Source of the DNA: an uncultured Gemmatimonadales bacterium
GTDB lineage: Bacteria; Gemmatimonadota; Gemmatimonadetes; Longimicrobiales; RSA9
Assembly (NCBI GenBank): GCA_963798845.1
Contig: CAWCUS010000001.1
Span: 480,001 to 544,000, forward strand
Length of the DNA: 64,000 bases
Reading direction: 5' to 3'
This document shows positions 16,280 to 27,143 of this stretch, in pieces (within the stretch, counting starts at the first letter, position 1; the number at the start of each line of letters is the position of its first letter). The notes below the pieces were generated by a model. It did not search any database, was not told the origin of the DNA, and worked only from the letters and a program-made list of their open reading frames with translations. A program made the translations under genes and the position numbers.

Positions 16280-18888
16280 GATGCTCCTCCGCGCGCCTCG
16301 TCGCGGAGCGACGCCAGCCGGTTCAGCGCTTCCAGCGGCGTGAGCCGCTCCACGTCGACGTCGCGGAGGCGCTGCACCACCGGGTGCTCCTGCGCACCGA
16401 AGAAGGAGAGCTGGTCGGGCGGCGAGGTGCTCGGCGGGCGGCGTCGCCCGCGTCGGCCGAGCCCTTCGCCGTGGTGCGTGTGGCTCCCCTCCAGCTCGCC
16501 CAGGATCTCCCGGGCCCGCTCGACCACGTCGGCAGGGAGCCCGGCGAGGCGGCCGACCTGGATCCCGTACGAGCGGTCGGCCCCTCCCGGCTCCAGGCGT
16601 CGCAGGAAGACGATGTCGTCGCCGGTCTCCCGGACGGCCACGTTGGCGTTCACCAGCGCGGGGAGCAGGTCGGCAAGCTGGGTGAGCTCGTGATAGTGCG
16701 TGGCGAACACGGTCTTGGCCCCGATCCTCTCGTGCAGGAACTCCGTGACGGCCCAGGCAATGCTGACGCCGTCGTACGTGGCGGTGCCGCGGCCGATCTC
16801 GTCGAGCAGGACGAGGGAGCGGTCCGTGGCGTTGTGGAGGATGGATGCCGTCTCGCTCATCTCCACCATGAAGGTGGACTGCCCGCGGACCAGGTTGTCG
16901 GATGCGCCGACGCGGGTGAAGATCCGATCGCAGATCGGGATGCGCGCGGCGTCCGCGGGGACGAACGCGCCGACCTGCGCCAGGAGCTGGATCAGCCCCA
17001 CCTGGCGCAGGAGAGTGCTCTTCCCCGCCATGTTGGGCCCGGTGAGGATCATCACCCGTGCATCCGCGTCGAGCCGAACGTCGTTCGGGATGAACTCCTC
17101 GGTGGGCATCATGGTCTCCACGACCGGGTGCCGCCCGGCGCGGATGTCCAGCTCGTAGCCGGTGTGCACCTCCGGCCGGACGTAGCGACGCCGCTCCGCC
17201 AGGCGACCGAGGCCCGCCAGCACGTCGAGCGCCGCGACCCCGGCGGCGGTCTCCAGCAGGCGGGGCACCGCTTCCCCGACGTCACGCCGCAGCGCGCCGA
17301 AGAGGCGGGCCTCCAGGTCGGTGATCCGGTCCTCGGCCCCCAGCACCTTCGCCTCCCATTCGTCCAGCTCGTCGGTCACGAAGCGCTCGGCGTTCGCCAG
17401 CGTCTGCTTGCGACGGTACTCCTCCGGGACCCGCTCCACGTTCGAGCGCGTCACTTCGAGGTAGTAACCGAACACCTTGTTGTATCCCACCTTGAGCGAC
17501 CCGATCCCGGTGCGCTCCCGCTCCCTCGCCTGGAGCGATGCGATGAAGTCTCGGGCGCCATCGCGCGTCTCGCGCAGGTCGTCGAGCTGCGTGTCGAAAC
17601 CGCTCCGGATCACGCCCCCCTCCCCCAGCGCCGGCGGCGGCTCGTCGGCCAGGGCGGAAGCGATCTTCTCCCGCACGTCGTCCAGAGGGTCGAGCCCATC
17701 ACGGAGTGAGGAAAGGAGCACGGATTCGGCCTCTCCGAGCGCCTCAGCGAGCGCCGGGAGCCGGGCCAGCGACCACGCGAGCGCCGCCATCTCGCGGGGA
17801 TTGACGCGTCCGGTCCCGACCTTCCCTGCCAGGCGCTCGAGGTCCCGCACCTGCTTCAGTCCCGTGCGCAGCGCGCGCCGCAGCGCCGGCCGCTCCACCA
17901 GCTCGGCCACTGCCTCCTGCCGACGCCAGATCGCCTCGGGCGCGACCAGGGGCCGGAGCAGCCACTGGCGCAGGAGCCTCGCGCCCATGGCCGTGACGGT
18001 CTCATCCACCACTTCGAGGAGGGTGGCGGCGGCGCCGGCCGGCGCGTCGGGGCGAAGCGGCGCGGTCAGCTCGAGGTTGCGCCGCGTCATGTCGTCGAGC
18101 GCCATGGCCTCGCCCGGGCGCTCGATGCGAGGGCGGCGCAGCCCGGAAGCCGACGCGGGCTGCACTTCCCGGATGTAGGCGAGGAGGGCGCCCAGCGCGC
18201 CGACCAGCGGCTGGTCGCCATCCTGGAACCCGAGCCCGTCCAGGGCGTGGAGCGTGAAGTGGCGCCGGATCTCGTCGGCGGCGAGCTCCGGGTCGAAGAA
18301 CCAGTCGGGGCGGTAGGTGACGCTGGGGCCGTCCAGGACGAAATCCCCCTCGCGCGCCCGGGGCAGGAGCACCTCCGACGGCTCGAAGCGGGCCAGCTCG
18401 GAAGCCAGCCGTTCGGCCGCGACTCGCGTGCCGAGGAACTCGCCGGTGCTCACGTCGACGGCCGCGAGGGCGACATCGCCGTCGCCGTCCAGGATCGCCA
18501 CGAGCCAGTTGTTGCGACGCGCGTCGAGGAGAGGGTCGGCGGTGATGGCGCCGGGCGTGACGGTCTCCACGACCTCCCGTCGAACGATGTCCGTGGCCTG
18601 AGCCGGGTCTTCCACCTGCTCGCAGATGGCGACGCGGCGGCCGAGGCGGACCAGGCGCTCGAGGTACTCGTTCCTGGCCTTGACCGGTATCCCGGCGAGC
18701 GGAACGTTGGCCGCGCCGCCGTTGTTTCGGGAGGTGAGGGTCAGGCCGAGGAGGCGGGCGCCCTCCTCGGCGTCCTCGTTGAACATCTCGTAGAAGTCGC
18801 CGACGCGGAAGAACACGATGGCATCGGCGTGGCGCGACTTGGCCTCACGCCACTGGCGCATCAGGGGGGTGTCTTCCTGCTTCGGCAT
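16276..18888 (-). CDS. mutS: DNA mismatch repair protein MutS
   Basis: TPLMRQW, FRVGDFYEMF, TGPNMAGKST, STFMVEM, DEIGRGT, ATHYHEL, SYGIQV; start ATG 18888 (the ORF-track extension is a shadow of the next gene). Confidence 0.97.
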   Translation of the reverse strand: MPKQEDTPLMRQWREAKSRHADAIVFFRVGDFYEMFNEDAEEGARLLGLTLTSRNNGGAANVPLAGIPVKARNEYLERLVRLGRRVAICEQVEDPAQATDIVRREVVETVTPGAITADPLLDARRNNWLVAILDGDGDVALAAVDVSTGEFLGTRVAAERLASELARFEPSEVLLPRAREGDFVLDGPSVTYRPDWFFDPELAADEIRRHFTLHALDGLGFQDGDQPLVGALGALLAYIREVQPASASGLRRPRIERPGEAMALDDMTRRNLELTAPLRPDAPAGAAATLLEVVDETVTAMGARLLRQWLLRPLVAPEAIWRRQEAVAELVERPALRRALRTGLKQVRDLERLAGKVGTGRVNPREMAALAWSLARLPALAEALGEAESVLLSSLRDGLDPLDDVREKIASALADEPPPALGEGGVIRSGFDTQLDDLRETRDGARDFIASLQARERERTGIGSLKVGYNKVFGYYLEVTRSNVERVPEEYRRKQTLANAERFVTDELDEWEAKVLGAEDRITDLEARLFGALRRDVGEAVPRLLETAAGVAALDVLAGLGRLAERRRYVRPEVHTGYELDIRAGRHPVVETMMPTEEFIPNDVRLDADARVMILTGPNMAGKSTLLRQVGLIQLLAQVGAFVPADAARIPICDRIFTRVGASDNLVRGQSTFMVEMSETASILHNATDRSLVLLDEIGRGTATYDGVSIAWAVTEFLHERIGAKTVFATHYHELTQLADLLPALVNANVAVRETGDDIVFLRRLEPGGADRSYGIQVGRLAGLPADVVERAREILGELEGSHTHHGEGLGRRGRRRPPSTSPPDQLSFFGAQEHPVVQRLRDVDVERLTPLEALNRLASLRDEARGGAS

Positions 18889-19083
18889 CCGGGTCGACGT
18901 GGTGGCGGTCCGTCCGGGCGATCGTGCGGAACGATAGCGGCGGCGCGGCGGTGGCTGCAACCGCCTTGACCATCCCCATCCCCGCCGGTTAGCATGCCTC
19001 CGTCGCCAGCGCTCCGACGCCGGAGCAGGCCCTGCCTGCCCGACCCGGAGCGCCTTCTTTTTTCTGCCCCCCTCCCGCGGAAC

Positions 19084-21138
19084 ATGGCCGTCAAGCAGGA
19101 GCCGGACGCCGCCGAAGCCGCCGAGCTGGGATTCGCCGCGCTGCCGGACGCCTTCGACGTCGCTCTTCGAGCCGCCGTTCTGGATTCCGCCGGAGAGGCG
19201 GTCGTGGCCGTGGACCGGGAGGGGCGGATTCTGTCGTGGAACGCCGCCGCAACACGCCTTTTCGGGGTACGCTCCCGTCACGTGGTGGGCCTGTGTGTCT
19301 TCGACCTGCTTCCGCCGGGGGAGCTGCGCGAGCGTGCGGCTGCGCTCATGGAGCGAACGGAGACGGGGCGGTCGTGGCAGGGCGAGCTGACCGTCCCGGG
19401 CGGTGACGGCCGAAGCTTCGCGGTGCACGCCACGATCTCGCCGCTCCGCGACGAGGGTGGCACCATCGCGGGGAGCGTCTGTGTCGCCCGGGACGCGAGC
19501 GATCGGCACGCGGCGGCGGAAGCGCTGCGCGAGTCGGAGCAGCGGGCAGCAATGGTGCGCGCCGCCGCCGACGCGGTGATCTGGGAGATGGACTTCCGGA
19601 CGGGCGAAGTGCGCTGGAGCGACGCCATGACCACCACGTTCGGGTACCCGCCCGACACGGTGGAGCCGACCACGGCGTGGTGGCACGAGCGGGTGCACCC
19701 GGACGATCGCGCGCGCGTCGCGGATCGGTTCCGGGCCGCCGTCGCGGAGGGAGCCCGCCTGTGGACGGAGGAGTACCGCTTCCGCCGGCACGATGGCGGG
19801 TACGCGCTGGTCTTCGATCGGGCGCACGTTGCCCGCGACGCGCACGGGCACGCGGTGGGCGCGGTCGGGGCGATCGTGGACCTGACCGAGCGACGGCGGT
19901 TGCGGGAGGAGCAGCGTTTCCTTTCCCAGGCCAGCATGATCCTGGACCTCTCCCTCGACTATGAGGCCACGCTTCCCACCATCGCGCGCCTGGCTACCAC
20001 CACGCTGGCGGACGTCTGTTTCGTGCGCGTGGAGCCGGGCGACGGGTCGCCCCCGTTCAGTGCCGCATCCCACTCCGACCCTCGGCTCCAGCCCGTCGTG
20101 GACGAGATCCGCAGCTTCTTCGACGGCGGCAGCGTCCGGCCTGCGCTGCTCGACCGGATTCGACGCTCCGGCGAGCCCCTGCTCTTCTCCCGCCTCGCCG
20201 ACGACCTGGGGGACCGGCTGGAGCTCGGGCGCCACATCGGCGGCCTGGCGCGCTCGCTGGGCGCCCGAACCGCCGTGGCCGTGCCGCTGCGGGCGAAACA
20301 GGAGCTGGTGGGCGTGCTGGTGGTGGCGCGGACATCGGAAACCGACCGCTACGACGAAACCGACGTCCAGATGCTGGAGGAGCTGGGTCGGCGGATCGGG
20401 CTCGCCGTCGACCACGCCCGCCTCTTCCAGCAGGCGCAGCTGGCGAACCGGGCCAAGTCCGACTTCCTCGCGGTGATCAGCCACGAGCTGCGCACTCCGC
20501 TCACCGCCGTGGTCGGCTACGCGGACCTCCTCTCCGCCGAAGTGTCCGGGCCGCTCAACGAGCAGCAGAAGCACCAGGTGGACCGGATCCGGGCAGGATC
20601 GGACCGGCTGCTCCACATCATCGAGAGCATCCTCGCCTTCGCTCGCCTGGAGACTGGAACCGAGCGGGCGTATCGCGTACGGGTCGAGCTCGCGACGCTG
20701 CTGGCACGGCTCGAGGAAGTGCTGGGTCCCCGCGTGCGCGAGGACGGGAGCCGCCTGGAGATCGACGCCACGGCGGCGCCCGACGTCGTGGTCACGGATG
20801 GGGAGAAGGTCCTCCAGGTCCTCCTGGGGCTGCTGCTCAATGCCATGAAGTTCGGCAAGGGCGGAGCCATCCGCCTGCGCGTATCGGGAGGGGATGGTCG
20901 CGTCGCGTTCGACGTGAGCGACACCGGCGCCGGCATCGCGCCCGAGCACCTTCCTCACATCTTCAATCCGTTCTGGCAGGCGGAACAACCCGCGACGCGA
21001 CGCGCGGGTGGCGCCGGGCTCGGGCTGAGCGTGGCGAGGCGTACGGCGCGCCTTCTTGGGGGCGACGTGTCCGTCCTCGAGAGCTCTCCCGAGGGTACCA
21101 CGTTCCGGCTGGAGATTCCGCAGGACGTGGCGCCCTGA
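19084..21138 (+). CDS. PAS-PAS-GAF sensor histidine kinase
   Basis: WNAAATRLFG and VHPDDR (PAS); SHELRTPL, NAMKF, DTGAGI and GAGLGL (HisKA/HATPase). Confidence 0.92.
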   Translation: MAVKQEPDAAEAAELGFAALPDAFDVALRAAVLDSAGEAVVAVDREGRILSWNAAATRLFGVRSRHVVGLCVFDLLPPGELRERAAALMERTETGRSWQGELTVPGGDGRSFAVHATISPLRDEGGTIAGSVCVARDASDRHAAAEALRESEQRAAMVRAAADAVIWEMDFRTGEVRWSDAMTTTFGYPPDTVEPTTAWWHERVHPDDRARVADRFRAAVAEGARLWTEEYRFRRHDGGYALVFDRAHVARDAHGHAVGAVGAIVDLTERRRLREEQRFLSQASMILDLSLDYEATLPTIARLATTTLADVCFVRVEPGDGSPPFSAASHSDPRLQPVVDEIRSFFDGGSVRPALLDRIRRSGEPLLFSRLADDLGDRLELGRHIGGLARSLGARTAVAVPLRAKQELVGVLVVARTSETDRYDETDVQMLEELGRRIGLAVDHARLFQQAQLANRAKSDFLAVISHELRTPLTAVVGYADLLSAEVSGPLNEQQKHQVDRIRAGSDRLLHIIESILAFARLETGTERAYRVRVELATLLARLEEVLGPRVREDGSRLEIDATAAPDVVVTDGEKVLQVLLGLLLNAMKFGKGGAIRLRVSGGDGRVAFDVSDTGAGIAPEHLPHIFNPFWQAEQPATRRAGGAGLGLSVARRTARLLGGDVSVLESSPEGTTFRLEIPQDVAP

Positions 21139-21261
21139 CGCGGATTTCAGGTGGATTAACCTACCGGTGGCCTCTATCTTGATGCGCCCTGAAGGGCGCC
21201 GGGCGTCGCAGCGCGGCCACCCGGGACCTGACACGAGCACAGAGCGCATCGACTCGACGCC

Positions 21262-24006
21262 GTGAGCAACGAAAAGAAGAGCCTCGCTTTCGATTCATAC
21301 AACGCGGGGTACGCGCAGGCGCTGTACGAGGACTACGTGCGGGACCCCTCGTCCGTCGACCCGCGCTGGGACGCGGTGTTCGGCATGGACCCCGCCGGAA
21401 CCGGCCTGATCCCCGTGGCCAACGGCAGTGGCGTCCCCTCGCGGGCCCAGCTGCGCGCGGCCATGGCGGCCGCCGGCCTGGTGGACGCCTACCGGCTCCA
21501 CGGCCACAAGGCGGCGCGCCTCGATCCGCTGGGCGGCGCGCCGCCCGGTCACCCGATGCTGTCCCCCGAGTTTCACGGCATCCTCGCCGCGGACCTGGAC
21601 GGGATCCCTGCTTCGCTCCTGGGGCTGGGCGACCCGGGCGTCAGCATGCAGACCGTGCTCGGCTGGCTGCGGAGGACGTACACGGCCACCATCGGGTACG
21701 AGTACGAGCACCTGGAGGACCCGACGCGCCGGGAGTGGCTGCGTCGCCGGATCGAGTCCGGTGAGCACCGGGAGCCGCTGGACCGGGAGGCGCGGCTCCG
21801 GCTCCTGCGTCGCCTGACCGAAGTGGAGTCGCTGGAGCAGTTCCTCCACCGGGCCTACCTGGGGCACAAGCGGTTCAGCGTGGAGGGGAACGACATGCTC
21901 ATCCCCATGCTCGACCACGCGATCGAGCAGGCCGCGCAGACCGGCGCCCGTGAAGTCGTGCTCGGGATGGCGCACCGGGGGCGGCTGAACGTGCTCGCCC
22001 ACGTCGTCGGCCGGCCGTACGAAAAGATCCTGGCCGAGTTCGAAGGTCAGCAGCTCGGGAGTGGCACGGGGGACGTGAAGTACCACGTGGGCGCGGACGG
22101 GACGTATCGCACCGCTGACGGGCAGGAGCTGCCCGTCACCATGGCCCCGAACCCCAGTCACCTGGAGTTCGTGAACCCCGTGGTCGAGGGCATGGCCCGG
22201 GCGAAGCAGACGGACCGGGCGGGGACGCGCATCGCGCAGGATGTGTCGTGCGTCCTCCCCGTCCTCATGCACGGCGACGCCGCGTTCGCCGGGCAGGGGA
22301 TCGTCGCCGAGACGCTCAACCTGGCCCGGCTCGCCGGCTACGAGACCGGCGGGACGCTGCACATCATCGTCAACAACCAGATCGGCTTCACCACGGAGCC
22401 GAAGGAGGACCGCTCCACCAGCTACGCCAGCGACCTGGCCCGCGGCTTCGACATCCCCGTCTTCCACGTGAACGCCGACGACCCGGAGGCGTGCCTGGCC
22501 GTGGTTCGCCTGGCCATGGAATACCGCACGGCCTTTCAGGCCGACGTGCTCATCGACCTGGTCGGATACCGGCGCTACGGCCACAACGAAGGCGATGAGC
22601 CGGCGTACACGCAGCCGCTCATGTACGCGAAAGTCGCGGAGCACCCGACCGTGCTGAAGCAGTGGGGTGACCTGCTGGTGGCGAACGGGACCCTCGAGGC
22701 CGAGGAGCGCCGCAGCATCTGGGACGACGCGTACGAGAAGCTCGCGGGCATCCAGGCGGAGGTGAAGGAGCGGGCGGCGAAGGAGCAGGGGGAGTCTGCC
22801 ACGCCGCCCGTGGAGCCGGCCACGCTGGAGGCTCCAGTGGACACGGCAGTGGAGCGGGAGCGGCTCGTCGCCTACGACCGCCAGCTGCACAGCTGGCCGG
22901 GGGACTTCCACCCAAACCCCAAGCTCGAGCGCCAGCTGAAGCGGCGCGCCCGGACGGTGCCGGACAACAATGGCATCGACTGGGCCCACGCCGAGTCCCT
23001 CGCCTTCGCATCCCTCCTCGCAGAGGGGACGCCGATCCGGCTCTCCGGCCAGGACTCCGTGCGCGGGACCTTCAGCCAGCGACACCTGACGCTGCGCGAC
23101 GTGGAGAACGGCGGCGGCTACACCCCGCTGGCGGCGCTGGAGGAATCGAAGGCGCCCTTCGAGGTCTACAACAGCCCGCTCTCGGAGGCCGGCGTCCTGG
23201 GATTCGAGTACGGCTACAGCACCGCCACGCCCGCGTCCCTCATCCTGTGGGAAGCCCAGTTCGGGGACTTCGTCAACAGCGCGCAGGTGATCATCGACCA
23301 GTTCATCGTGGCGGGGCGCGCGAAGTGGGGACAGGAGAGCCGGCTCGTCCTGCTCCTGCCCCACGGCTACGAGGGGCAGGGCCCCGAGCATTCCAGCGCC
23401 CGGCTGGAGCGCTTCCTCCAGCTCGCGGCCGAAGACAACATCCGAGTGGCCAACTGCAGCACGCCGGCCCAGTACTTCCACCTCCTGCGTCGCCAGGCTC
23501 GACTCGAGGAGCTCCGGCCACTGGTGGCCCTCACGCCCAAGAGCCTCCTCCGCCACCCGAAAGCCGTTTCCACGGTGGACGAGCTGACCCAGGGGCGCTT
23601 CCACATGGTCCTCGACGACGCCGACGCGCGCGAGCGGGCCGACGGCGTCCGCCGCATCGCCATCTGCACGGGGAAGGTCTTCTACGATCTGGTGGGGAGC
23701 GACGAGCGGAAGAGCGCCGGCGCCGTGGCGGTGCTCCGGGTGGAGCAGCTGTATCCGTTCCCCGTGGAAGAGCTGGCCGAGATCCTGGCCGGCTATCCGC
23801 AGGCGGAGGAGCTGGTCTGGGTGCAGGAAGAGCCCGCCAACATGGGCGCGTGGAGCTACATCCGGCCCCGGCTCGAGCGCCTCGCGGGCGATGGTCTCCA
23901 CGTCAGCTACGCCGGCCGCCCCGAGCGCGCCAGCCCCGCCGAGGGCTACAAGAAAGCCCACGACGACCAGCAGGCGCGCATCGTCCGGGAAGCGTTCGGC
24001 CGCTGA
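21262..24006 (+). CDS. sucA: 2-oxoglutarate dehydrogenase E1 component
   Basis: GMAHRGRLN, DVKYH, HGDAAFAGQG, WEAQFGDF and LPHGYEGQGPEHSSAR. Confidence 0.97.
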   Translation: MSNEKKSLAFDSYNAGYAQALYEDYVRDPSSVDPRWDAVFGMDPAGTGLIPVANGSGVPSRAQLRAAMAAAGLVDAYRLHGHKAARLDPLGGAPPGHPMLSPEFHGILAADLDGIPASLLGLGDPGVSMQTVLGWLRRTYTATIGYEYEHLEDPTRREWLRRRIESGEHREPLDREARLRLLRRLTEVESLEQFLHRAYLGHKRFSVEGNDMLIPMLDHAIEQAAQTGAREVVLGMAHRGRLNVLAHVVGRPYEKILAEFEGQQLGSGTGDVKYHVGADGTYRTADGQELPVTMAPNPSHLEFVNPVVEGMARAKQTDRAGTRIAQDVSCVLPVLMHGDAAFAGQGIVAETLNLARLAGYETGGTLHIIVNNQIGFTTEPKEDRSTSYASDLARGFDIPVFHVNADDPEACLAVVRLAMEYRTAFQADVLIDLVGYRRYGHNEGDEPAYTQPLMYAKVAEHPTVLKQWGDLLVANGTLEAEERRSIWDDAYEKLAGIQAEVKERAAKEQGESATPPVEPATLEAPVDTAVERERLVAYDRQLHSWPGDFHPNPKLERQLKRRARTVPDNNGIDWAHAESLAFASLLAEGTPIRLSGQDSVRGTFSQRHLTLRDVENGGGYTPLAALEESKAPFEVYNSPLSEAGVLGFEYGYSTATPASLILWEAQFGDFVNSAQVIIDQFIVAGRAKWGQESRLVLLLPHGYEGQGPEHSSARLERFLQLAAEDNIRVANCSTPAQYFHLLRRQARLEELRPLVALTPKSLLRHPKAVSTVDELTQGRFHMVLDDADARERADGVRRIAICTGKVFYDLVGSDERKSAGAVAVLRVEQLYPFPVEELAEILAGYPQAEELVWVQEEPANMGAWSYIRPRLERLAGDGLHVSYAGRPERASPAEGYKKAHDDQQARIVREAFGR

Positions 24007-24213
24007 CCCCTTCAGCGTGCAGCCTTCCCGGTCGCGCTGCTTCCCGCCCCCCCACACGGGACCCAGTGGGTTCCAGCCACCGGCCGAGCGGTCGGGAGCA
24101 GAAGGTCGGATGCGGGGGAGAACCCGCGGCGTACAGTCGGGTATCACGACCCTGTTGCCCGGCTGGATGGCGGGTTGAATGTTGACAGGACAAGCACCCG
24201 TGCCCGGAGAGCG

Positions 24214-24783
24214 ATGGAGCATCTCGTCGTCGTCCCGCACCCCACACCGATCGAGCTGGAGGCCCGCTCGATCCGCCACAATGCCGTTCCGGAAGGGGCG
24301 GTGGGGCTCGGCTATTACTACGGCGGGCGGCTGATCGCGCGGAGCGTGGTGGCAGCGGCGGCGCTGGAGACGATCCAGGCGCTGCTGTCGTCGCCGGTGT
24401 CGGTGGCGCTGGCGGCGCGTGAGGACCAGGAAGGCAACATCGACGGCCGGATCTGCCTGGTGCTGCCGGTGGAGCCCGACGGAGACGGGATGCCGGGCTC
24501 GGAGGACGAGGAGGAAGCGTCGGAGCCGTGGCGGGCCAGCGTCCCCCGCCCCCCGTCCGAGGTGGAGAGCGGGTACGCGTCCGGTGCGGACGACGAGGAA
24601 GACGACGACGACGAGCCGCAGTACGCGCTGCTGCCGATCGGGAACGTCGTCCGCCCGGCCTCGGACCGGCACCACCCGGGCCAGGTGGCGGGCGACGTGA
24701 AGGAGATGCTGGAGAACCTGCTGTCGGGCGGGGCGCAGGACGCCGTGCAAAAGGCGATCGACGACCTTTTGCGGAGCATCTAG
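24214..24783 (+). CDS. Hypothetical acidic protein
   Basis: GC3-biased coding frame, ATG after GGAGAG, Asp/Glu-rich tracts; no recognised family. Confidence 0.65.
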   Translation: MEHLVVVPHPTPIELEARSIRHNAVPEGAVGLGYYYGGRLIARSVVAAAALETIQALLSSPVSVALAAREDQEGNIDGRICLVLPVEPDGDGMPGSEDEEEASEPWRASVPRPPSEVESGYASGADDEEDDDDEPQYALLPIGNVVRPASDRHHPGQVAGDVKEMLENLLSGGAQDAVQKAIDDLLRSI

Positions 24784-24827
24784 GGGCGCGGCCCGGGGCG
24801 CGCCCGGGCGCCGAACCCGGAAGCCGC

Positions 24828-26111
24828 CTACATGGCTTCCAGGGCCTGCGTGAGATCGGCGATCAGGTCCTCGGGGTGCTCGACTCCCACCGAGATCCGG
24901 ATCATCGCGGGCGTGATCCCGATGGCGGCCTGGTGGTCCGGCTTCACGTCGGCGTGGGTCATCGTGCCGGGGTGTTCCATGAGCGTCTCCGTCCCGCCCA
25001 GGCTGACGGCGAGCCTGGCGAGCTTCAAGGCGTCCAGAACGCGGAACGCCTCGGCCTCGCCGCCATCCACTTCGAACGAGAACGTGCTTCCCGGGGCAAT
25101 GCACTGGCGCTGGTAGATCCGACGCTGCGGGTCGTCCTCATCGAGGAAGCCCAGGTAGTGGACGCGCCGCACCTTCGGGTGGTCGGCCAGGAACTCGGCC
25201 ACGTAGCGGGCGTTCTTCATCTGGCTGGTCATGCGCAGCTTGAGCGTCTCGAGCGAGCGCATGAGCAGCCATCCCGTCCAGGGGTCGGCCATGGTGCCGA
25301 GCATCGTGCGCATGCCGGCCACCTGCTTCACCCGCCCCTCGTCGCCGAGCACCGCGCCGGCGATGAGGTCGCTGTGCCCGCCCACGTACTTCGTCAGGGA
25401 GTAGATGACCAGGTCGGCGCCGTGCTCCAGCGGACGCTGCCAGAGCGGTCCCAGGAACGTGTTGTCCACGGCGACGACGGGCCGGCGTCCCTCGTCGTCC
25501 GCGACCGACGCCGACAGCTCCGCGCAGCGCTCGATGTCCACCAGGGCGTTCGTGGGGTTGGCCGGCGTCTCCACGAAGATCACGGCGATCCTGCCGGCCT
25601 CGTTCGCGTCAGCGACTGCCGCTTCCAGCGCTCCGTCCTCGCCCGCCGGGAACCCGAAGCGCTGGATACCGAACTGCGGCAGGATGTTGAGGAGGAGGAA
25701 CTCCGTGCCACCGTAGACGGGCTCGCTGTGCACGATGCAATCGCCCGGGCGCAGGAACGTGAAGAAGGTGGTGGCCAGGGCGGCCATCCCGCTGGAGAAG
25801 ACGAGGGCGCCCTCGGCGCCATCCCAGAGGGCCAGCCGGTCCTCCAGGATCTCCAGATCCGGGTTGTTCAGGCGCGAATAGATCAGCCCCGGCTGCTCCG
25901 CCGGGTGCGGCTCGCGGAGGCCGTAGGCGAGCTCGAAGAAGGCCTTCCCCTCCTCCGCGCTCTTGAACACGAACGTCGAGGTCTGGAAGATCGGGCACTT
26001 CACCGAGCCCTCGGAGAGGTGGGGGTTGTAGCCGTACCCCATCATCAGGGTCTCCGGGTGCAGGTCGTGGTCCCCGATCCTGCGGTGCTTGATATCGTTC
26101 GATTCGCTCAT
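24828..26111 (-). CDS. Cys/Met metabolism PLP enzyme (cystathionine gamma-synthase / methionine gamma-lyase family)
   Basis: YSRLNNP, SSGMAA, ETPANP, DNTF, SLTKYVGGHSD and AVSLGG. Confidence 0.92.
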   Translation of the reverse strand: MSESNDIKHRRIGDHDLHPETLMMGYGYNPHLSEGSVKCPIFQTSTFVFKSAEEGKAFFELAYGLREPHPAEQPGLIYSRLNNPDLEILEDRLALWDGAEGALVFSSGMAALATTFFTFLRPGDCIVHSEPVYGGTEFLLLNILPQFGIQRFGFPAGEDGALEAAVADANEAGRIAVIFVETPANPTNALVDIERCAELSASVADDEGRRPVVAVDNTFLGPLWQRPLEHGADLVIYSLTKYVGGHSDLIAGAVLGDEGRVKQVAGMRTMLGTMADPWTGWLLMRSLETLKLRMTSQMKNARYVAEFLADHPKVRRVHYLGFLDEDDPQRRIYQRQCIAPGSTFSFEVDGGEAEAFRVLDALKLARLAVSLGGTETLMEHPGTMTHADVKPDHQAAIGITPAMIRISVGVEHPEDLIADLTQALEAM

Positions 26112-26207
26112 GGTCGGCTCCGGTGGCATTGCTAAGGCTTCGCCCGGTAGCCTAGCACGTTCCCGGCGAGCTTGCGAGCCGCGCGGCCGGTCCTCAGCTT
26201 CGGCCGC

Positions 26208-27143
26208 GTGAGCGAAACGAGAGAGGACGAACGGTTCCGCGCCATCCACCGGCGCATCCACGCCGAGCACCCGGACTGCCGCGAGGACGAGTGGCTGTCG
26301 AGCCCGTGTCGCCTCGCGGACGGACGACCGGCGGAGCGGCCGATCGCGTGGTCCCGGCGGAACGGGCGATGGCGCAGGGTCGACGTGCTCTGGGTCGGGG
26401 CGGCGCCGGGCAACGCGGGGGGTCGCGGGAGCGGGAGCATGGGCGCACACGCCACTCGCATCCCGTTCGGCGGAGACATCGCGGGCGGCAACCTGGACGT
26501 CCTCCTCTCGGCCGCGGGTCTGGACCGGAACCGGACGTTCATCGTGGCCGCGCTGAACCAGCTGCCGGAACGAGGCGGCGGCGAGCCGCGCGTCGCGGAG
26601 CTTCGCGCGCCGGCAGGCGATTATGCCTCCAGCCTCCACGTGCTGCGGGACACTCTGATAGCGGCGGGGCCGCGCCTGGTGGTGGCGCTCGGCAACGTCG
26701 CGGTCCGCAGCACCGTGGCGGCCGCGCGGCTGGAGGACGGAGCCCGCCTCACCCTCCCGACGCTGCCGAAGCTGGAGCGCGCGGGCCTGACGCGCGGGAC
26801 GGCGCGATCGTGGCCACGCACGCTGGCGCCGGATGCCGCTTTCGACGCGGCGTGGCGAGAGGCCTGGGACGAGCGGTCGTACCCGCGTCTGCTGTGGCTC
26901 CTGCACCCGAGTGCTCAGAACATGAGCCCGTACGCCGGGGAGGAAACGGTCTTCCACCGCCGGATGGTGGAGACCGTGGCCCAGCTCAGGACGGCGATCC
27001 GGGACGTGCTGGGGGAGATCCCGCCCGACCCGCGTCCCGGCCCACCGGAGGGCGGCGGGATCTACGCGCTCCCGGAATGGCGGGAAGCTGTGGGTCCCCG
27101 GCATGCCGAGCTGGAGAGGCTCTGGCGCGACAAGGGGGTGTGA
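26208..27143 (+). CDS. Divergent uracil-DNA glycosylase superfamily protein
   Basis: VLWVGAAPG (motif A), RIPFGG...AG.NL..LL...GLDR, PRLVVALGNVA and LLHPS (motif B). Confidence 0.65.
   Translation: MSETREDERFRAIHRRIHAEHPDCREDEWLSSPCRLADGRPAERPIAWSRRNGRWRRVDVLWVGAAPGNAGGRGSGSMGAHATRIPFGGDIAGGNLDVLLSAAGLDRNRTFIVAALNQLPERGGGEPRVAELRAPAGDYASSLHVLRDTLIAAGPRLVVALGNVAVRSTVAAARLEDGARLTLPTLPKLERAGLTRGTARSWPRTLAPDAAFDAAWREAWDERSYPRLLWLLHPSAQNMSPYAGEETVFHRRMVETVAQLRTAIRDVLGEIPPDPRPGPPEGGGIYALPEWREAVGPRHAELERLWRDKGV

Noticed and set aside
18889..21249. Apparent ~790-aa N-terminal extension of MutS in the ORF track
   Set aside because: It is the antisense of the histidine kinase; MutS homology begins at MPKQEDTPLM (18888).
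21262..24006. sucA without adjacent sucB, and carB without carA
   Set aside because: Split operons are common; partners may lie outside the window.
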